Positions 45,270 to 54,360 of a stretch of DNA of 64,000 bases are shown piece by piece. The stretch lies in the IMG/VR virus record IMGVR_UViG_3300041955_000531, one strand, 5' to 3'. Numbering within the stretch: position 1 is the stretch's first letter; each line of letters starts with the position of its first letter. This DNA is from a virus. The translations under genes were made by a program, and so were the position numbers. The notes beneath the pieces are model-generated. The model was not told the DNA's origin. It did no database searches and was given only the letters and a program-made list of their open reading frames with translations.

Positions 45270-45721
45270 TAGCTCACTGTCTCCCGCGGGACTTCCTCCC
45301 ACTCGGCTCCGCACTCCGTAATATACTTCTTCGTCTTCACGAAGGCTTCCGCCCAGCGAGTAAGAGCATCTGCTGTAGGCTCTGGGAATATGAACCTGAC
45401 TATACCAGCCTGTAGCATCTGCACGACGCAGCGGTCGCACGGCGCAAAGGGAAAGGTATAGAGAGTATAACCCTTCAGATTTTCATAAGAGTGGATCATC
45501 GCGTTGATTTCACAATGAACCACGCGGGAATACTTCTCTTCCCGGTTGGCATACCACTCTGGGTTGTCTGGCATGTTCTTTGGAAAGCCATTGAATCCCA
45601 CTGACACAACTGTGCGGTCAGGACGGATGATTACTCCGCCTGCTTTGGTGCTTGGGTCTTTCGACCAGCTCGCAACCAGGCTGGCTAGCTCCAGGTACCT
45701 ACGATCCCACTTTGTTATCAT
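45269..45721 (-). CDS. dCMP deaminase
   Basis: SKDPST, GFNG, HCEINA and PCDRC motifs. Confidence 0.92.
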   Translation of the reverse strand: MITKWDRRYLELASLVASWSKDPSTKAGGVIIRPDRTVVSVGFNGFPKNMPDNPEWYANREEKYSRVVHCEINAMIHSYENLKGYTLYTFPFAPCDRCVVQMLQAGIVRFIFPEPTADALTRWAEAFVKTKKYITECGAEWEEVPRETVS

Positions 45722-45998
45722 CTGCTAGCTCCGCTAATACGTCTCCATGACACGACAAGGGCTTGCAAAAGCAGCCCAATCTCTTGCCCTTCAGTTCTTT
45801 CAGGGCAGCCATCAGCTCAGGCTTCGACTTGACATACTCGCGATACCTGGCTATGGCTTCTTCTCGGGTTGCCACCATCACCACATCTTTGAACGCCGAC
45901 TTCTTGTGGGTATAGGGATTCCCCCACTTCGATCCGCGGCCGATGTAAACATCATAAGGCTGCGTATGAAGGTTAACTGCTACTGTTTTGGTTTGCAT
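45699..45998 (-). CDS. DUF4326 family protein
   Basis: YIGRGSKWGNPY...LKGKRLGCFCKPLSCHGDVL. Confidence 0.85.
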   Translation of the reverse strand: MQTKTVAVNLHTQPYDVYIGRGSKWGNPYTHKKSAFKDVVMVATREEAIARYREYVKSKPELMAALKELKGKRLGCFCKPLSCHGDVLAELADDNKVGS

Positions 45999-46219
45999 TC
46001 GAATCTCTTGAGGATCTGTTGTGCTTTTGCTCGCGCGCAGTTGGACCAAAGTCCTATGCTATCCTCGTTATCCTCGGCAGTCTTCTGCACATGGGGCTCC
46101 ATTAGAATAGCAGTGAGTTGATCTTCAATCTTATCACTCTTCTGGAGCTCTTGCAAAAGCTTATCTTCGGCTTCGAAGATGTCTGTCTTGAAAGGAATAG
46201 GTTCCTTTTCCTTCTTCAT
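45980..46219 (-). CDS. Hypothetical protein
   Basis: Coupled ORF. Confidence 0.55.
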   Translation of the reverse strand: MKKEKEPIPFKTDIFEAEDKLLQELQKSDKIEDQLTAILMEPHVQKTAEDNEDSIGLWSNCARAKAQQILKRFECKPKQ

Positions 46220-46755
46220 ATCTCTCGCTCCTCAATCAGGTCTGGCAGTGGTGCTTCCTCTGGCTTTTTAGGGCTCACGACTGGCCCAGGCAGAGTAATA
46301 ATAGGCTGGATTGAGAGAGGGAATCCACAATCCACCCAAGCTAAACCACCATCATGGGTGATAGAGCCATATTGGTTATGCCACATAGGCTCATACTGCC
46401 CAGATACTCCATACTGGCTACAGTGCTGTAGCCTGTTGAAGAAATCCATGATCATGTCCCCTATCTTATAGATAGTGTAAGGCATCCATCTCTTCGGTTC
46501 GGTCGGCTGCTCAAACACAGGAGCGTTCTGGAACTTGAACGTGTACTTTGGATCCTGAGCTTTCTGAAGCACGCCGTTTGGATCAACTACATACGTGCCT
46601 GGATCATCTCCTGCGCTCGTCGAGTTAGGCAGATCCTGGTACTGACCGTATGAAAGATCTACCTTATACTGAACTGGCTCATTATAGGTTTTGAAATCTG
46701 ATGCATGTCCGTCACTGAGGGCCTCTGACAGATTACCTTCGAACTCCCCGTTCAT
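46216..46755 (-). CDS. Hypothetical protein
   Basis: 179 aa; WMPYTIYKIGD...DGGLAW resembles a small carbohydrate-binding module. Confidence 0.55.
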   Translation of the reverse strand: MNGEFEGNLSEALSDGHASDFKTYNEPVQYKVDLSYGQYQDLPNSTSAGDDPGTYVVDPNGVLQKAQDPKYTFKFQNAPVFEQPTEPKRWMPYTIYKIGDMIMDFFNRLQHCSQYGVSGQYEPMWHNQYGSITHDGGLAWVDCGFPLSIQPIITLPGPVVSPKKPEEAPLPDLIEEREI

Positions 46756-47126
46756 ACTTCCCTCTCTTCAAACAGAGGTGGCATGTACTTAGGAGTAGCT
46801 TCCTTGGCCTTCACAGGCATGCTGATAGGTTCTCCTGCTAGAGTATAAGCTCCGTCGTCTCTAAGCGCCGACTCTAAGGTAGATGCATGCGGCTTGTCGA
46901 CCTCGACATACTCACAACTGTACAACCAGTCGGCCGTCACTGGAAACCAATCCTGACTACCGATACGCCGAACCCAATAGCGATCGGGATCGTCAGAGGC
47001 CTTTTTGATCCAGATTGAGGCCGCGGGTGAGCGCAGCAAAATCGGCTGCGTCGACCACAATAACGCCTCTTCCAGTCTTGTTTTGTAGGCAAAGAGCCCC
47101 GCAACACCTGCCATTTCGTCTAGCAT
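46752..47126 (-). CDS. Hypothetical protein
   Basis: Coupled ORF; start uncertain. Confidence 0.45.
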   Translation of the reverse strand: MLDEMAGVAGLFAYKTRLEEALLWSTQPILLRSPAASIWIKKASDDPDRYWVRRIGSQDWFPVTADWLYSCEYVEVDKPHASTLESALRDDGAYTLAGEPISMPVKAKEATPKYMPPLFEEREV

Positions 47127-47622
47127 CTTGTCTTACCTTGTCCAACTCCCTGAGATGAATCACGGGTTCCGTGGCCGTTGATTGCAGTTTCGTATCCACC
47201 ACGACAGAATCAAACAACAGATGATCACCGTCACGATTTACTCTCCCAGAGTTCCTGGTAGCCTTGATGATTCTGGCATTGGTGTTTCGTTCAGCTTTGG
47301 CAGCCGCGCGAACACGGGCCTGCTTGGCGGGATCTTTGGCCTTACGTGCTTCGGCACGAGCAATGGTTTCCTCACGCTTCGCATGCCTCTTTTCTTCTTC
47401 CAGTTTTCGGTGCTTAAACCTTGGATCGACAGGCTTCCAGTGATGCGTACGAATAAAGTACGGCGCCCTAGGTGAAAACCTGCAATCGTTACACTTAGAT
47501 TTGTGATCGAAAGAATGAGAGGGGGAGTTAACACACTTCTCCCCCTCGATGCATGCCACAGGTTCGGTTGTTATAGCAAAGACCGAGAGTGGGTTATCCT
47601 TCTGTGATTCCGGCTGCGCCAT
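46993..47622 (-). CDS. PD-(D/E)XK-like endonuclease/resolvase
   Basis: AE..T...NSG....GD......VDTK pattern. Confidence 0.55.
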   Translation of the reverse strand: MAQPESQKDNPLSVFAITTEPVACIEGEKCVNSPSHSFDHKSKCNDCRFSPRAPYFIRTHHWKPVDPRFKHRKLEEEKRHAKREETIARAEARKAKDPAKQARVRAAAKAERNTNARIIKATRNSGRVNRDGDHLLFDSVVVDTKLQSTATEPVIHLRELDKVRQDARRNGRCCGALCLQNKTGRGVIVVDAADFAALTRGLNLDQKGL

Positions 47623-48658
47623 GACTAGCCAGCTCCTCACCAATAGCCTTCTTGATTCCACTGAAGAGTTCTTCGTTCTTCTTCATGGCTTTGTAGAAGT
47701 TCAGGTCGCCCTGAATCTTGGCATCGCCAAACTGATACCAGCCACCCTTCTTAGCAATGACACCGAGTTTCAAACCCAGTTCAAAGTAATCATAGTGGAC
47801 TGAGAACCCTTCACCTAGGACGTAAGTCAGGATTGCCTGCTTGTAGGGCGGCGAGACTTTGTTCTTCGTGGTGTAGACCTTCGTCTTCAACGCGTAGACA
47901 TTCTCTTCACCGTCCTCTTCCTTCTTCAGCTTCTCGATGATCGAGATATCCAAACGGATAGTGCCGAAGAAAGGTAGAGCACGGCCACCCATAGTCTGAT
48001 ATCGAATCTGTCCTGTGGGGTTGTAGCCGCCTACCACCTGTCGAGTCTGGTTGATCCAGATGACAGTAGCGCGCTTAGCAACGTTCTTACGCAGGAAGTT
48101 GGACATCAATAGAGCTACAGCTCCAATCTTAGCATTCTCATCGGTGTCCTTCTCAAGGTTAGCCTTGATATCCATTGCGGCTATAGAGTCCACCACAACG
48201 AGGTCGAACACTTTTGAGGCGTCCCGTACCAAATCCAGGACTTGCTCTGCAGTAAACGCATCAGGCGGTCGGGAAACACGAACTGGTATAACTCCCGGGT
48301 TGCCCGGCGTCGTAACAATCCCCAGTTGCGCGAGGAACTCGATTGTGATTGTCCGCTCAACGTCAATGATGAGTGTTCTTTTGCCCAGGCTCTGCCAATG
48401 CTGGAGAATCTGAAGACCAAGAGATGTCTTGCCCACTTCAGGTTCCTTAGAAAATACCTCGATGTCACGTCCATGTGGTAATCCGTTGAGTTGTGCATGA
48501 AGGATCTTATCCAGCTGCGGAAATCCAGTGGGAGTACACTCGACTGACATGTCTGTGATATTCTCGGCGAGTTCCAGCATGTCGCCGAAGTTGTACTGTG
48601 CGAGTTCCGTTTCCAGCTCCTCGTTTAGATCGACTTGCTCTTCTTTCTTGGCCATCAT
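47594..48658 (-). CDS. recA: RecA/UvsX-like recombinase
   Basis: PTGFPQLD, GKTSL, VVDSIAA, WINQTR, GGRALPF and KNKVSPPYK motifs. Confidence 0.95.
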   Translation of the reverse strand: MMAKKEEQVDLNEELETELAQYNFGDMLELAENITDMSVECTPTGFPQLDKILHAQLNGLPHGRDIEVFSKEPEVGKTSLGLQILQHWQSLGKRTLIIDVERTITIEFLAQLGIVTTPGNPGVIPVRVSRPPDAFTAEQVLDLVRDASKVFDLVVVDSIAAMDIKANLEKDTDENAKIGAVALLMSNFLRKNVAKRATVIWINQTRQVVGGYNPTGQIRYQTMGGRALPFFGTIRLDISIIEKLKKEEDGEENVYALKTKVYTTKNKVSPPYKQAILTYVLGEGFSVHYDYFELGLKLGVIAKKGGWYQFGDAKIQGDLNFYKAMKKNEELFSGIKKAIGEELASHGAAGITEG

Positions 48659-49011
48659 AACCCCTTTAGTTGTAGCGCACTACGGACATCGGCGGATGAA
48701 ATGTAAATCCGCTTGGCCAGCCAGGAACCAACACTGGTCCTGGGCTTAGGCTCGACATCTTGTGCTCTAATAGGAAGTATAACATACTTCCCCTTTGTTA
48801 GTGCATCAAACTTTTGGATCCTATCCTCATCCTTGAGGAAGTGGAAGGCCGATCGATACATCTTTTGTCTGCTGCCGTCCGTTACCCAAGGGCGGGTGGT
48901 CTCAATCCAAGTATCTAAAGGCACAACACTTGTGCCATTATGAGAGTGGAACAGGAACCGCAAGTTGCCCTTCTTGTCCACTCGGAATGCTTTCATCCCT
49001 TGTATTGGCAC
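48655..49011 (-). CDS. Hypothetical protein
   Basis: Coupled ORF. Confidence 0.55.
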   Translation of the reverse strand: MPIQGMKAFRVDKKGNLRFLFHSHNGTSVVPLDTWIETTRPWVTDGSRQKMYRSAFHFLKDEDRIQKFDALTKGKYVILPIRAQDVEPKPRTSVGSWLAKRIYISSADVRSALQLKGL

Positions 49012-49465
49012 TCACTTCCTCCTTATCGAACTCGAGCTTGAGTTTGTTATAAACTTCACGACGTTGATCTTTGTCGCGCGCCTCCGTCAGAAGACCAAGT
49101 CTCTTAGCTTCTTCCTGCTGCTTCCGCGCGTCTTCGTCGAAGAAATCGTTCACAGCTTTCGTGCCTGCGAGCGCCGCATGTAAAGGAATAGTATAAGAGT
49201 TTTGCTCCATTTCTCCGATGCGGTTTTCGAACCATTCTATCGTGATGACAACGTTGTAGTTAATGTTGTCCTTCGAATGGAGCTCTGTATCTCCCCACCG
49301 CACGATCGCCGGCTGACGCTGAAAGAACCGTTGCTTAATAGCATCGGTCGTAGGCGCCAGGACCACCTCGAGCTGCTTCATAGCAGCCAGATGCTTCTTC
49401 CAAATCTTGAGGAAGTCCTCAGACTTGAGGGTAACATCCCCAACTTCAGGCTTCACTACTTTCAT
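48938..49465 (-). CDS. Hypothetical protein
   Basis: Coupled ORF. Confidence 0.55.
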   Translation of the reverse strand: MKVVKPEVGDVTLKSEDFLKIWKKHLAAMKQLEVVLAPTTDAIKQRFFQRQPAIVRWGDTELHSKDNINYNVVITIEWFENRIGEMEQNSYTIPLHAALAGTKAVNDFFDEDARKQQEEAKRLGLLTEARDKDQRREVYNKLKLEFDKEEVSANTRDESIPSGQEGQLAVPVPLS

Positions 49466-49917
49466 ACCGTCTTCTTCCTCGGCGCATCGACTTCGATGCC
49501 TAGCATCTTCTTGGCAAGGTTGACTCGCGAGTCAACGCAATCAATCAAACCTTCTAGGTATGATTGGATTGCCGCAAATCCTCCAGACAGCTTACGACGA
49601 AAAGCGTCACGTTCAATCTCGGGGATTCTTTTGGCTTCGCCTGCACTATCCGTAGTCTTTGATGACAGAAAAGTGCTGTCTTTCGCATGGTCGGTGAATG
49701 CGGACGCGAAAGAGTGGAATCTAACCAGTCTTGCTCGCCAGGATTCAACATAGGCCATATGCTGTTCAAGGCTTGCCACGTCAGAGGACAGAACATTCTT
49801 CTCGAGTGCAGCCACCAACGGGCTGATCTTTTCATTGATCTCTCCTTCGAACTGATCGCGGGCAGCATTGAGCTCCTCGACTGTATTGATCTTGAATATC
49901 TCTTTAATGCTTTGCAT
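49462..49917 (-). CDS. Helical hypothetical protein (possibly a recombination mediator)
   Basis: All-helical 151 aa upstream of recA; RBS GGAGG. Confidence 0.45.
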   Translation of the reverse strand: MQSIKEIFKINTVEELNAARDQFEGEINEKISPLVAALEKNVLSSDVASLEQHMAYVESWRARLVRFHSFASAFTDHAKDSTFLSSKTTDSAGEAKRIPEIERDAFRRKLSGGFAAIQSYLEGLIDCVDSRVNLAKKMLGIEVDAPRKKTV

Positions 49918-49918
49918 A

Positions 49919-50350
49919 CTAACCTCCACGATGTCCTTTGTATGAGTCCGAAGAAGAGTTCTCAAGAACCTCTCCGTCCTTCACTACTAGTTTACCACGA
50001 AAACCCATTCCACCCTCCCAATATTTCAGAGTGAAAGTGTTGTTCTGGAACAGGTCAGATAACCGTCCAACGATAGGTGCTGGCGGCGCCCAAGCCGTGT
50101 CGAAACATAGCTTTACAGCGCCCCTGGACATAGGAACCGTTCGAACTTCTTCACCTACGTTCCACTTGGTACCCCAATGAATAACCCGCCGGTCGAACCA
50201 ATAGTTTGGCTTCTTGAAAGGCCACCACTTTTTCACTTGGCGGACGACCTTGTTGAAATCCAAGGCGCCCTGGCTGCCTTTAAGGAACTCAACTACTTTG
50301 TCAGCTCCCTTACCGCGGATAGTTAGTTCGTTCTCACACCAGTTAGGCAC
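49919..50350 (-). CDS. DUF1281/Api92-like ferredoxin-fold protein
   Basis: PNWCEN, WGTKWN, FDTAWAPP and YWEGGMGFRG motifs. Confidence 0.8.
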   Translation of the reverse strand: MPNWCENELTIRGKGADKVVEFLKGSQGALDFNKVVRQVKKWWPFKKPNYWFDRRVIHWGTKWNVGEEVRTVPMSRGAVKLCFDTAWAPPAPIVGRLSDLFQNNTFTLKYWEGGMGFRGKLVVKDGEVLENSSSDSYKGHRGG

Positions 50351-50741
50351 CGTGAGCATCTCCTGACATAAAGCTGACGCTATTGATATGCTCCCAACGT
50401 TCCCCGAGATTGCCGATATCGTACGGCAGGCATCCTTGACCAACCTTGAGCTTGACATACTTGGATACTCGCTCCCACAGGTCTTTGTTCTTGCGAATAA
50501 GCTGTACGCCTTTGTAGTGAGGGCTGAGCTCTATGATGTAGCCGCCGGCTATAGCGGCAAATATGTGAGCCAGGTCCCAAGTAATAGGAAGCTCTCGATT
50601 CTTGTTAATAGGCTGATTGCTATGCCCATAAGAACCCTGGTTGTAACTCTTACCACTGGCCTGACATCCTGTCCAGTTGTAGATCTCCCATATTAGATGG
50701 AGCCTTTCCGCTTCCTGGGTCGGTCGGAACGGGTAGGGCAT
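50343..50741 (-). CDS. Hypothetical protein
   Basis: 132-aa ORF. Confidence 0.5.
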   Translation of the reverse strand: MPYPFRPTQEAERLHLIWEIYNWTGCQASGKSYNQGSYGHSNQPINKNRELPITWDLAHIFAAIAGGYIIELSPHYKGVQLIRKNKDLWERVSKYVKLKVGQGCLPYDIGNLGERWEHINSVSFMSGDAHGA

Positions 50742-50938
50742 ATGTTACCTCCCTTCTTATCAAGGACCTTGCGGGCAGCATCTCGTACGAGCTCTGCGAT
50801 CTTCCAGGTCTTGTCATTCAAACAACTGTATCCCTTTGAAGTAAAGTAAGAATGCTTCAAACGGATTAGGTATGCCCCAGGCAAGTCAGCAATAGGTGCT
50901 ACACGATCGACTTTGATACGAGGAATCTTAATCATCAT
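50693..50938 (-). CDS. Hypothetical protein
   Basis: 81-aa ORF. Confidence 0.5.
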   Translation of the reverse strand: MMIKIPRIKVDRVAPIADLPGAYLIRLKHSYFTSKGYSCLNDKTWKIAELVRDAARKVLDKKGGNICPTRSDRPRKRKGSI

Positions 50939-51151
50939 CTACTCCCTGTTAGGACACCACGAATAACACATACAATCACCACCACACTGGAGACAGCGTT
51001 CACTGTGATCTCGAAAGCCTCCGCCTAGATGAATCCTCAGGCGGACGCCATTGCGCAGCTTCTTCTGACATCCTTTGCAGATGATCCACTCAACTTTCTT
51101 ATTGCCAATCCACTGGCTGGCTTGCTTATAAAAGACGCAGAGCCGCTTCAT
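50939..51151 (-). CDS. Cys-rich hypothetical protein
   Basis: CKGC...CLQC. Confidence 0.5.
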   Translation of the reverse strand: MKRLCVFYKQASQWIGNKKVEWIICKGCQKKLRNGVRLRIHLGGGFRDHSERCLQCGGDCMCYSWCPNRE

Positions 51152-51152
51152 G

Positions 51153-51419
51153 TTAGTCCCTAAATAGCTTCTTGAACTTAGGGAACTGATCTACAAACTC
51201 AGCAGCGTCAGTATCATCCAACCAGCTGGCGCTATGCAATAGCTCCCAGCCGTTGATGCCACTCAAAGAGTGGGCGAACCTGACAAACACGCCGGCGTCA
51301 GACCATCCCATATTGGGATGATGCCACTCAACGATCACTATCTTAGTGGTGTGGGTGCCACATCGCCGCGCGCGAGTGTAGTAGTCATCGCCTTCATTGA
51401 CTGTAACCCAGTCGCTCAC
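51153..51419 (-). CDS. Hypothetical protein
   Basis: 88-aa ORF. Confidence 0.55.
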   Translation of the reverse strand: MSDWVTVNEGDDYYTRARRCGTHTTKIVIVEWHHPNMGWSDAGVFVRFAHSLSGINGWELLHSASWLDDTDAAEFVDQFPKFKKLFRD

Positions 51420-51799
51420 AGAATGATATCTCCTTTCTCTAACGGCTGAAAGTTACCAATGCGAGTCTTGATAACCGTCGGCCAGTTATTACACTCCATA
51501 TTACTCGCCAAGATGGAGAAGTCCTTCCCCATCTTCTTGACTTGTTCTATGGTATAAGGAGTAGCTCCAGGATAGTACTTCCCCGACTTGTTCTTCTCTT
51601 TCCCGAAGACAGTCTCCTGCTCTCCATCGATCGTAACTTCTTTCGATGTCATATCATAGAACCGAAAGCAGAATGCTCCCTTCGGCATGATCTTCAGAAC
51701 CTTCTTGACATCCCTGGTTATGATCTCCTTGTCTTCAGTCTCCGCAAACAGCGCTCCTGGATAACTGAACTCGACATAGGTCTTGGTTATTTCTTTCAT
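51416..51799 (-). CDS. Hypothetical protein
   Basis: RBS AGGAG; 127 aa. Confidence 0.7.
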   Translation of the reverse strand: MKEITKTYVEFSYPGALFAETEDKEIITRDVKKVLKIMPKGAFCFRFYDMTSKEVTIDGEQETVFGKEKNKSGKYYPGATPYTIEQVKKMGKDFSILASNMECNNWPTVIKTRIGNFQPLEKGDIIL

Positions 51800-51820
51800 G
51801 AGTCTCTCCTAAAAGACTAA

Positions 51821-52410
51821 CCCCAGTTATCAGGTCTGATAACTGGGGCTATGAACTACCACTATAGACTAAGGGTAACATCGGCGAAGCGACGCAGCCC
51901 GTGGTGAGCATTCGATTTTTCCAGACATTTGCTCCAAATGTCTGGAAAGCGCTCCCCACAATCGAAGCGGAACAGGGCGAGAATGGAACTACTAGATAAC
52001 AGCGTAGCCGATTCCCAGCCAGACTACCCCTGTAGGCATACTGAGGAATGGCGTAACGGGCGGTAGCGTTGGGTCAATCGATTGAAAAGCGATTGACCCA
52101 GAGCGGACGCCGTGGAGCGAGTCCGAAGTACTAGGTCATTCTTCTGTAGGGCGCCTGCCAAGATCTCATCCTGAGCCACCAATGCCAAGATAAGATATTA
52201 GTCATGCATCCCCAGAATCTTTCCCTGATTGCATACGGTTTATCTGTTAGCTCGCGAATGACTTCTTTCATAAGGCCTCGAGTCGCTGCCAAGAAAGGAG
52301 GATCCGAGTAGGACCGGGCGGGCAGAAGCAGTGAAGCCGCCCATCGGCGAGCTGCGGTGCCCGCGAAGGGAGTATGAGGATACGAGTTTCGCAGGCTGCA
52401 GGGAGAGGAC
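51821..52410. ncRNA. Candidate ~590-nt structured non-coding region
   Basis: No ORF of 60 aa or more in any frame; three perfect 11-14 bp hairpins and more stems. Confidence 0.55.
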
Positions 52411-52412
52411 TC

Positions 52413-52700
52413 TTACTTATCGTAGTGACGCTTGGCAATCCCATTGCGATCCAGAGTCTGGATGGCTGATATAGCCAGGCCTGCCACCTTCAACATATCC
52501 GTACGGAATCGGATAGGATTGAAGAGACGAGTCGTGCGATCCATTTCCACTGCCCGGCCGGCGTAGATCATGAGATAAGATGCCCAGTCATTGGCTGTGT
52601 TCTTATCATCGAACTCAGTACCCCAAAGGTTCTCGGCATACTCTTTCTCTGCCTTGATCTCAGCCACGATACTTTCGAACTGCTTTTCATCAAATGGCAT
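52413..52700 (-). CDS. MazG-like all-alpha protein
   Basis: E..Y....WG.EFDD.N...DW..Y...MLKVAGLAISAI. Confidence 0.55.
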   Translation of the reverse strand: MPFDEKQFESIVAEIKAEKEYAENLWGTEFDDKNTANDWASYLMIYAGRAVEMDRTTRLFNPIRFRTDMLKVAGLAISAIQTLDRNGIAKRHYDK

Positions 52701-53953
52701 TATACTTTCCTCTCAGCCTCTTCCGTTTCTTCTTCTTCCTGGGCTGCCAACATGTCGTTGACCATGGGCGCCAGGTCTGGGTACTCCAGAGCAATACAAG
52801 GGAACTTATAAGGGCAGTATCGGCACTGCCAGTCCCCAATAATAGGTCCGACCTTAGAGTCCTTCCACTTACGGCTCTTGCCGTTCTTCCAGGACTTCCA
52901 TTCGGCGAACTTAACCTTGCCAATGAAGCCCTTTTCAGCGAAGCTTTCGATAGCTATGTCGGTATAACGGTAGCGGTAGTCTGCTGGGGGTAGGTATGAC
53001 GTCGGTAGGCGTCTCATCTCCTCCCCAACCCTCTCCCAGAATGCCTTTTCCTGCTGTTTCCAGGCGATTACAGCCTCTTCCGGCGCTTCCGCGGGCAAGG
53101 AGGCTGGACGGACTGTCCCCTGCTCCTGGAGCCTCCGGATCGCTTCAGCCTGTGATCGGTTAAAGTAACCCTGGATCTGTTCGAAGCGTTCATAAATCGA
53201 CTCCACCGTGAAAATGCGCCAAACATCTCCGTTGACTTGAGGATAGTGGAGGCCATCATAATCCTCGTAGATTTCGATATCGAACTCCGCTGTGAGGCAG
53301 GTGTCTCGTGTCTCGTAGCAAATCTTTCCATACACGGGCGAATCATCTTTGATCATCCCTAGGTTGACGTCGGTGACACGGACTCGGTTGCGCGGATTAG
53401 TTGGTTTATCCGCTTGCGCAGTTGCAATGATTTGCTTGAGCAGGGCACCATTACGTATCTCGTTGATATAGATGAGTGTCTGGAGAACATGCTCGAGCTT
53501 TGGCTTCCCCTTCTGATAAGGGCCACCAATGATTTCCTTCTGGGCCATATAGCCGTAGATTGATTTGTTTTCACATATCACCGGTTGTCCTGACTGAGGG
53601 TCTATGACAATAAGGTCCAACTCAAAGGCCAGATCAATGTTCGGGACGTAGTGCCTGACCCCACTGGCAATATGCAGACCGGCCTCCATAGCCTGAAGCG
53701 TGGTATCTTCCTCAACGGCTTTACCAGTTCGAACTCGACGCGCACCGACGGGGTCCATCTGACTTGTAGTCTTCTCCCCTGTGAGCCTGTAATATACCTT
53801 TCGTCCACAGCCCCCGGCAAAACCCGCAACTGTGGGTTCGAGGAGGACAGCCGAACTCTCTGAAGGCCAGAGTCTGGCAGACTTGCTTGTCCAGTCATCA
53901 CGCTTCTCCATTCCAACTAGTGCTTTGTCGAGGTGCTCAAACAACTTAAACAT
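52700..53953 (-). CDS. Cas4-like PD-(D/E)XK exonuclease with Fe-S cysteines
   Basis: PSES..CGRKVYY, ELD, ENKS, QTLIY and CRYCPYKFPC. Confidence 0.8.
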   Translation of the reverse strand: MFKLFEHLDKALVGMEKRDDWTSKSARLWPSESSAVLLEPTVAGFAGGCGRKVYYRLTGEKTTSQMDPVGARRVRTGKAVEEDTTLQAMEAGLHIASGVRHYVPNIDLAFELDLIVIDPQSGQPVICENKSIYGYMAQKEIIGGPYQKGKPKLEHVLQTLIYINEIRNGALLKQIIATAQADKPTNPRNRVRVTDVNLGMIKDDSPVYGKICYETRDTCLTAEFDIEIYEDYDGLHYPQVNGDVWRIFTVESIYERFEQIQGYFNRSQAEAIRRLQEQGTVRPASLPAEAPEEAVIAWKQQEKAFWERVGEEMRRLPTSYLPPADYRYRYTDIAIESFAEKGFIGKVKFAEWKSWKNGKSRKWKDSKVGPIIGDWQCRYCPYKFPCIALEYPDLAPMVNDMLAAQEEEETEEAERKV

Positions 53954-54089
53954 CGGTAGGCCTCCACTTCTTGTCGTGCTTTAGCCTCTGCATCTTCTGG
54001 ATAGCCTCGATGCGAGTAAGCTTTTCTTGCTTCATTAGTTCGGCGATTTTTGCTTCTTCTTGCTCTGACCAACCTTTGGTTGTGTCCAT
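53946..54089 (-). CDS. Small helical protein
   Basis: MDTTKGWSEQEE...; RBS GAGG. Confidence 0.55.
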   Translation of the reverse strand: MDTTKGWSEQEEAKIAELMKQEKLTRIEAIQKMQRLKHDKKWRPTDV

Positions 54090-54107
54090 ATTACCTCTTG
54101 AAAGGGT

Positions 54108-54211
54108 GTCTCCCGGGGAGGGATTCGAACCCTCCCCTTCGGTATTCAGGACCGACGTGCTCCGTCGACGGCCTACTATTTTATCGAACTCCAATACACC
54201 ACCCAAGAGAC
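54108..54211 (-). ncRNA. tRNA-like RNA with 35-nt D loop and 10-bp acceptor stem
   Basis: GTCTCTTGGG/CCCGGGAGAC; TCGGT-CCTGAAT-ACCGA; GAGGG-TTCGAAT-CCCTC. Confidence 0.7.
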
Positions 54212-54360
54212 GAGATGTTAGGGCAAGGTGAGAGGATCAAAAGCGGTCCAATGATTAGTATTGTCACCACTAAATCGGGCGCCGACGCTTAATGGGCAAT
54301 CGGACTTCATATTAGATATGGACAGTGCAGTGTCCAGTCTCACCTACTGCTGCCCTAATG

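Noticed and set aside
39751-48658. Inteins or introns in primase-helicase, NrdJ or RecA
   Set aside because: Motif spacing is continuous and no C...HN intein boundaries were seen.
52700-53953. CRISPR-Cas system around the Cas4-like gene
   Set aside because: No repeat-spacer array or other cas genes seen; solo Cas4-like nucleases are common in phages.
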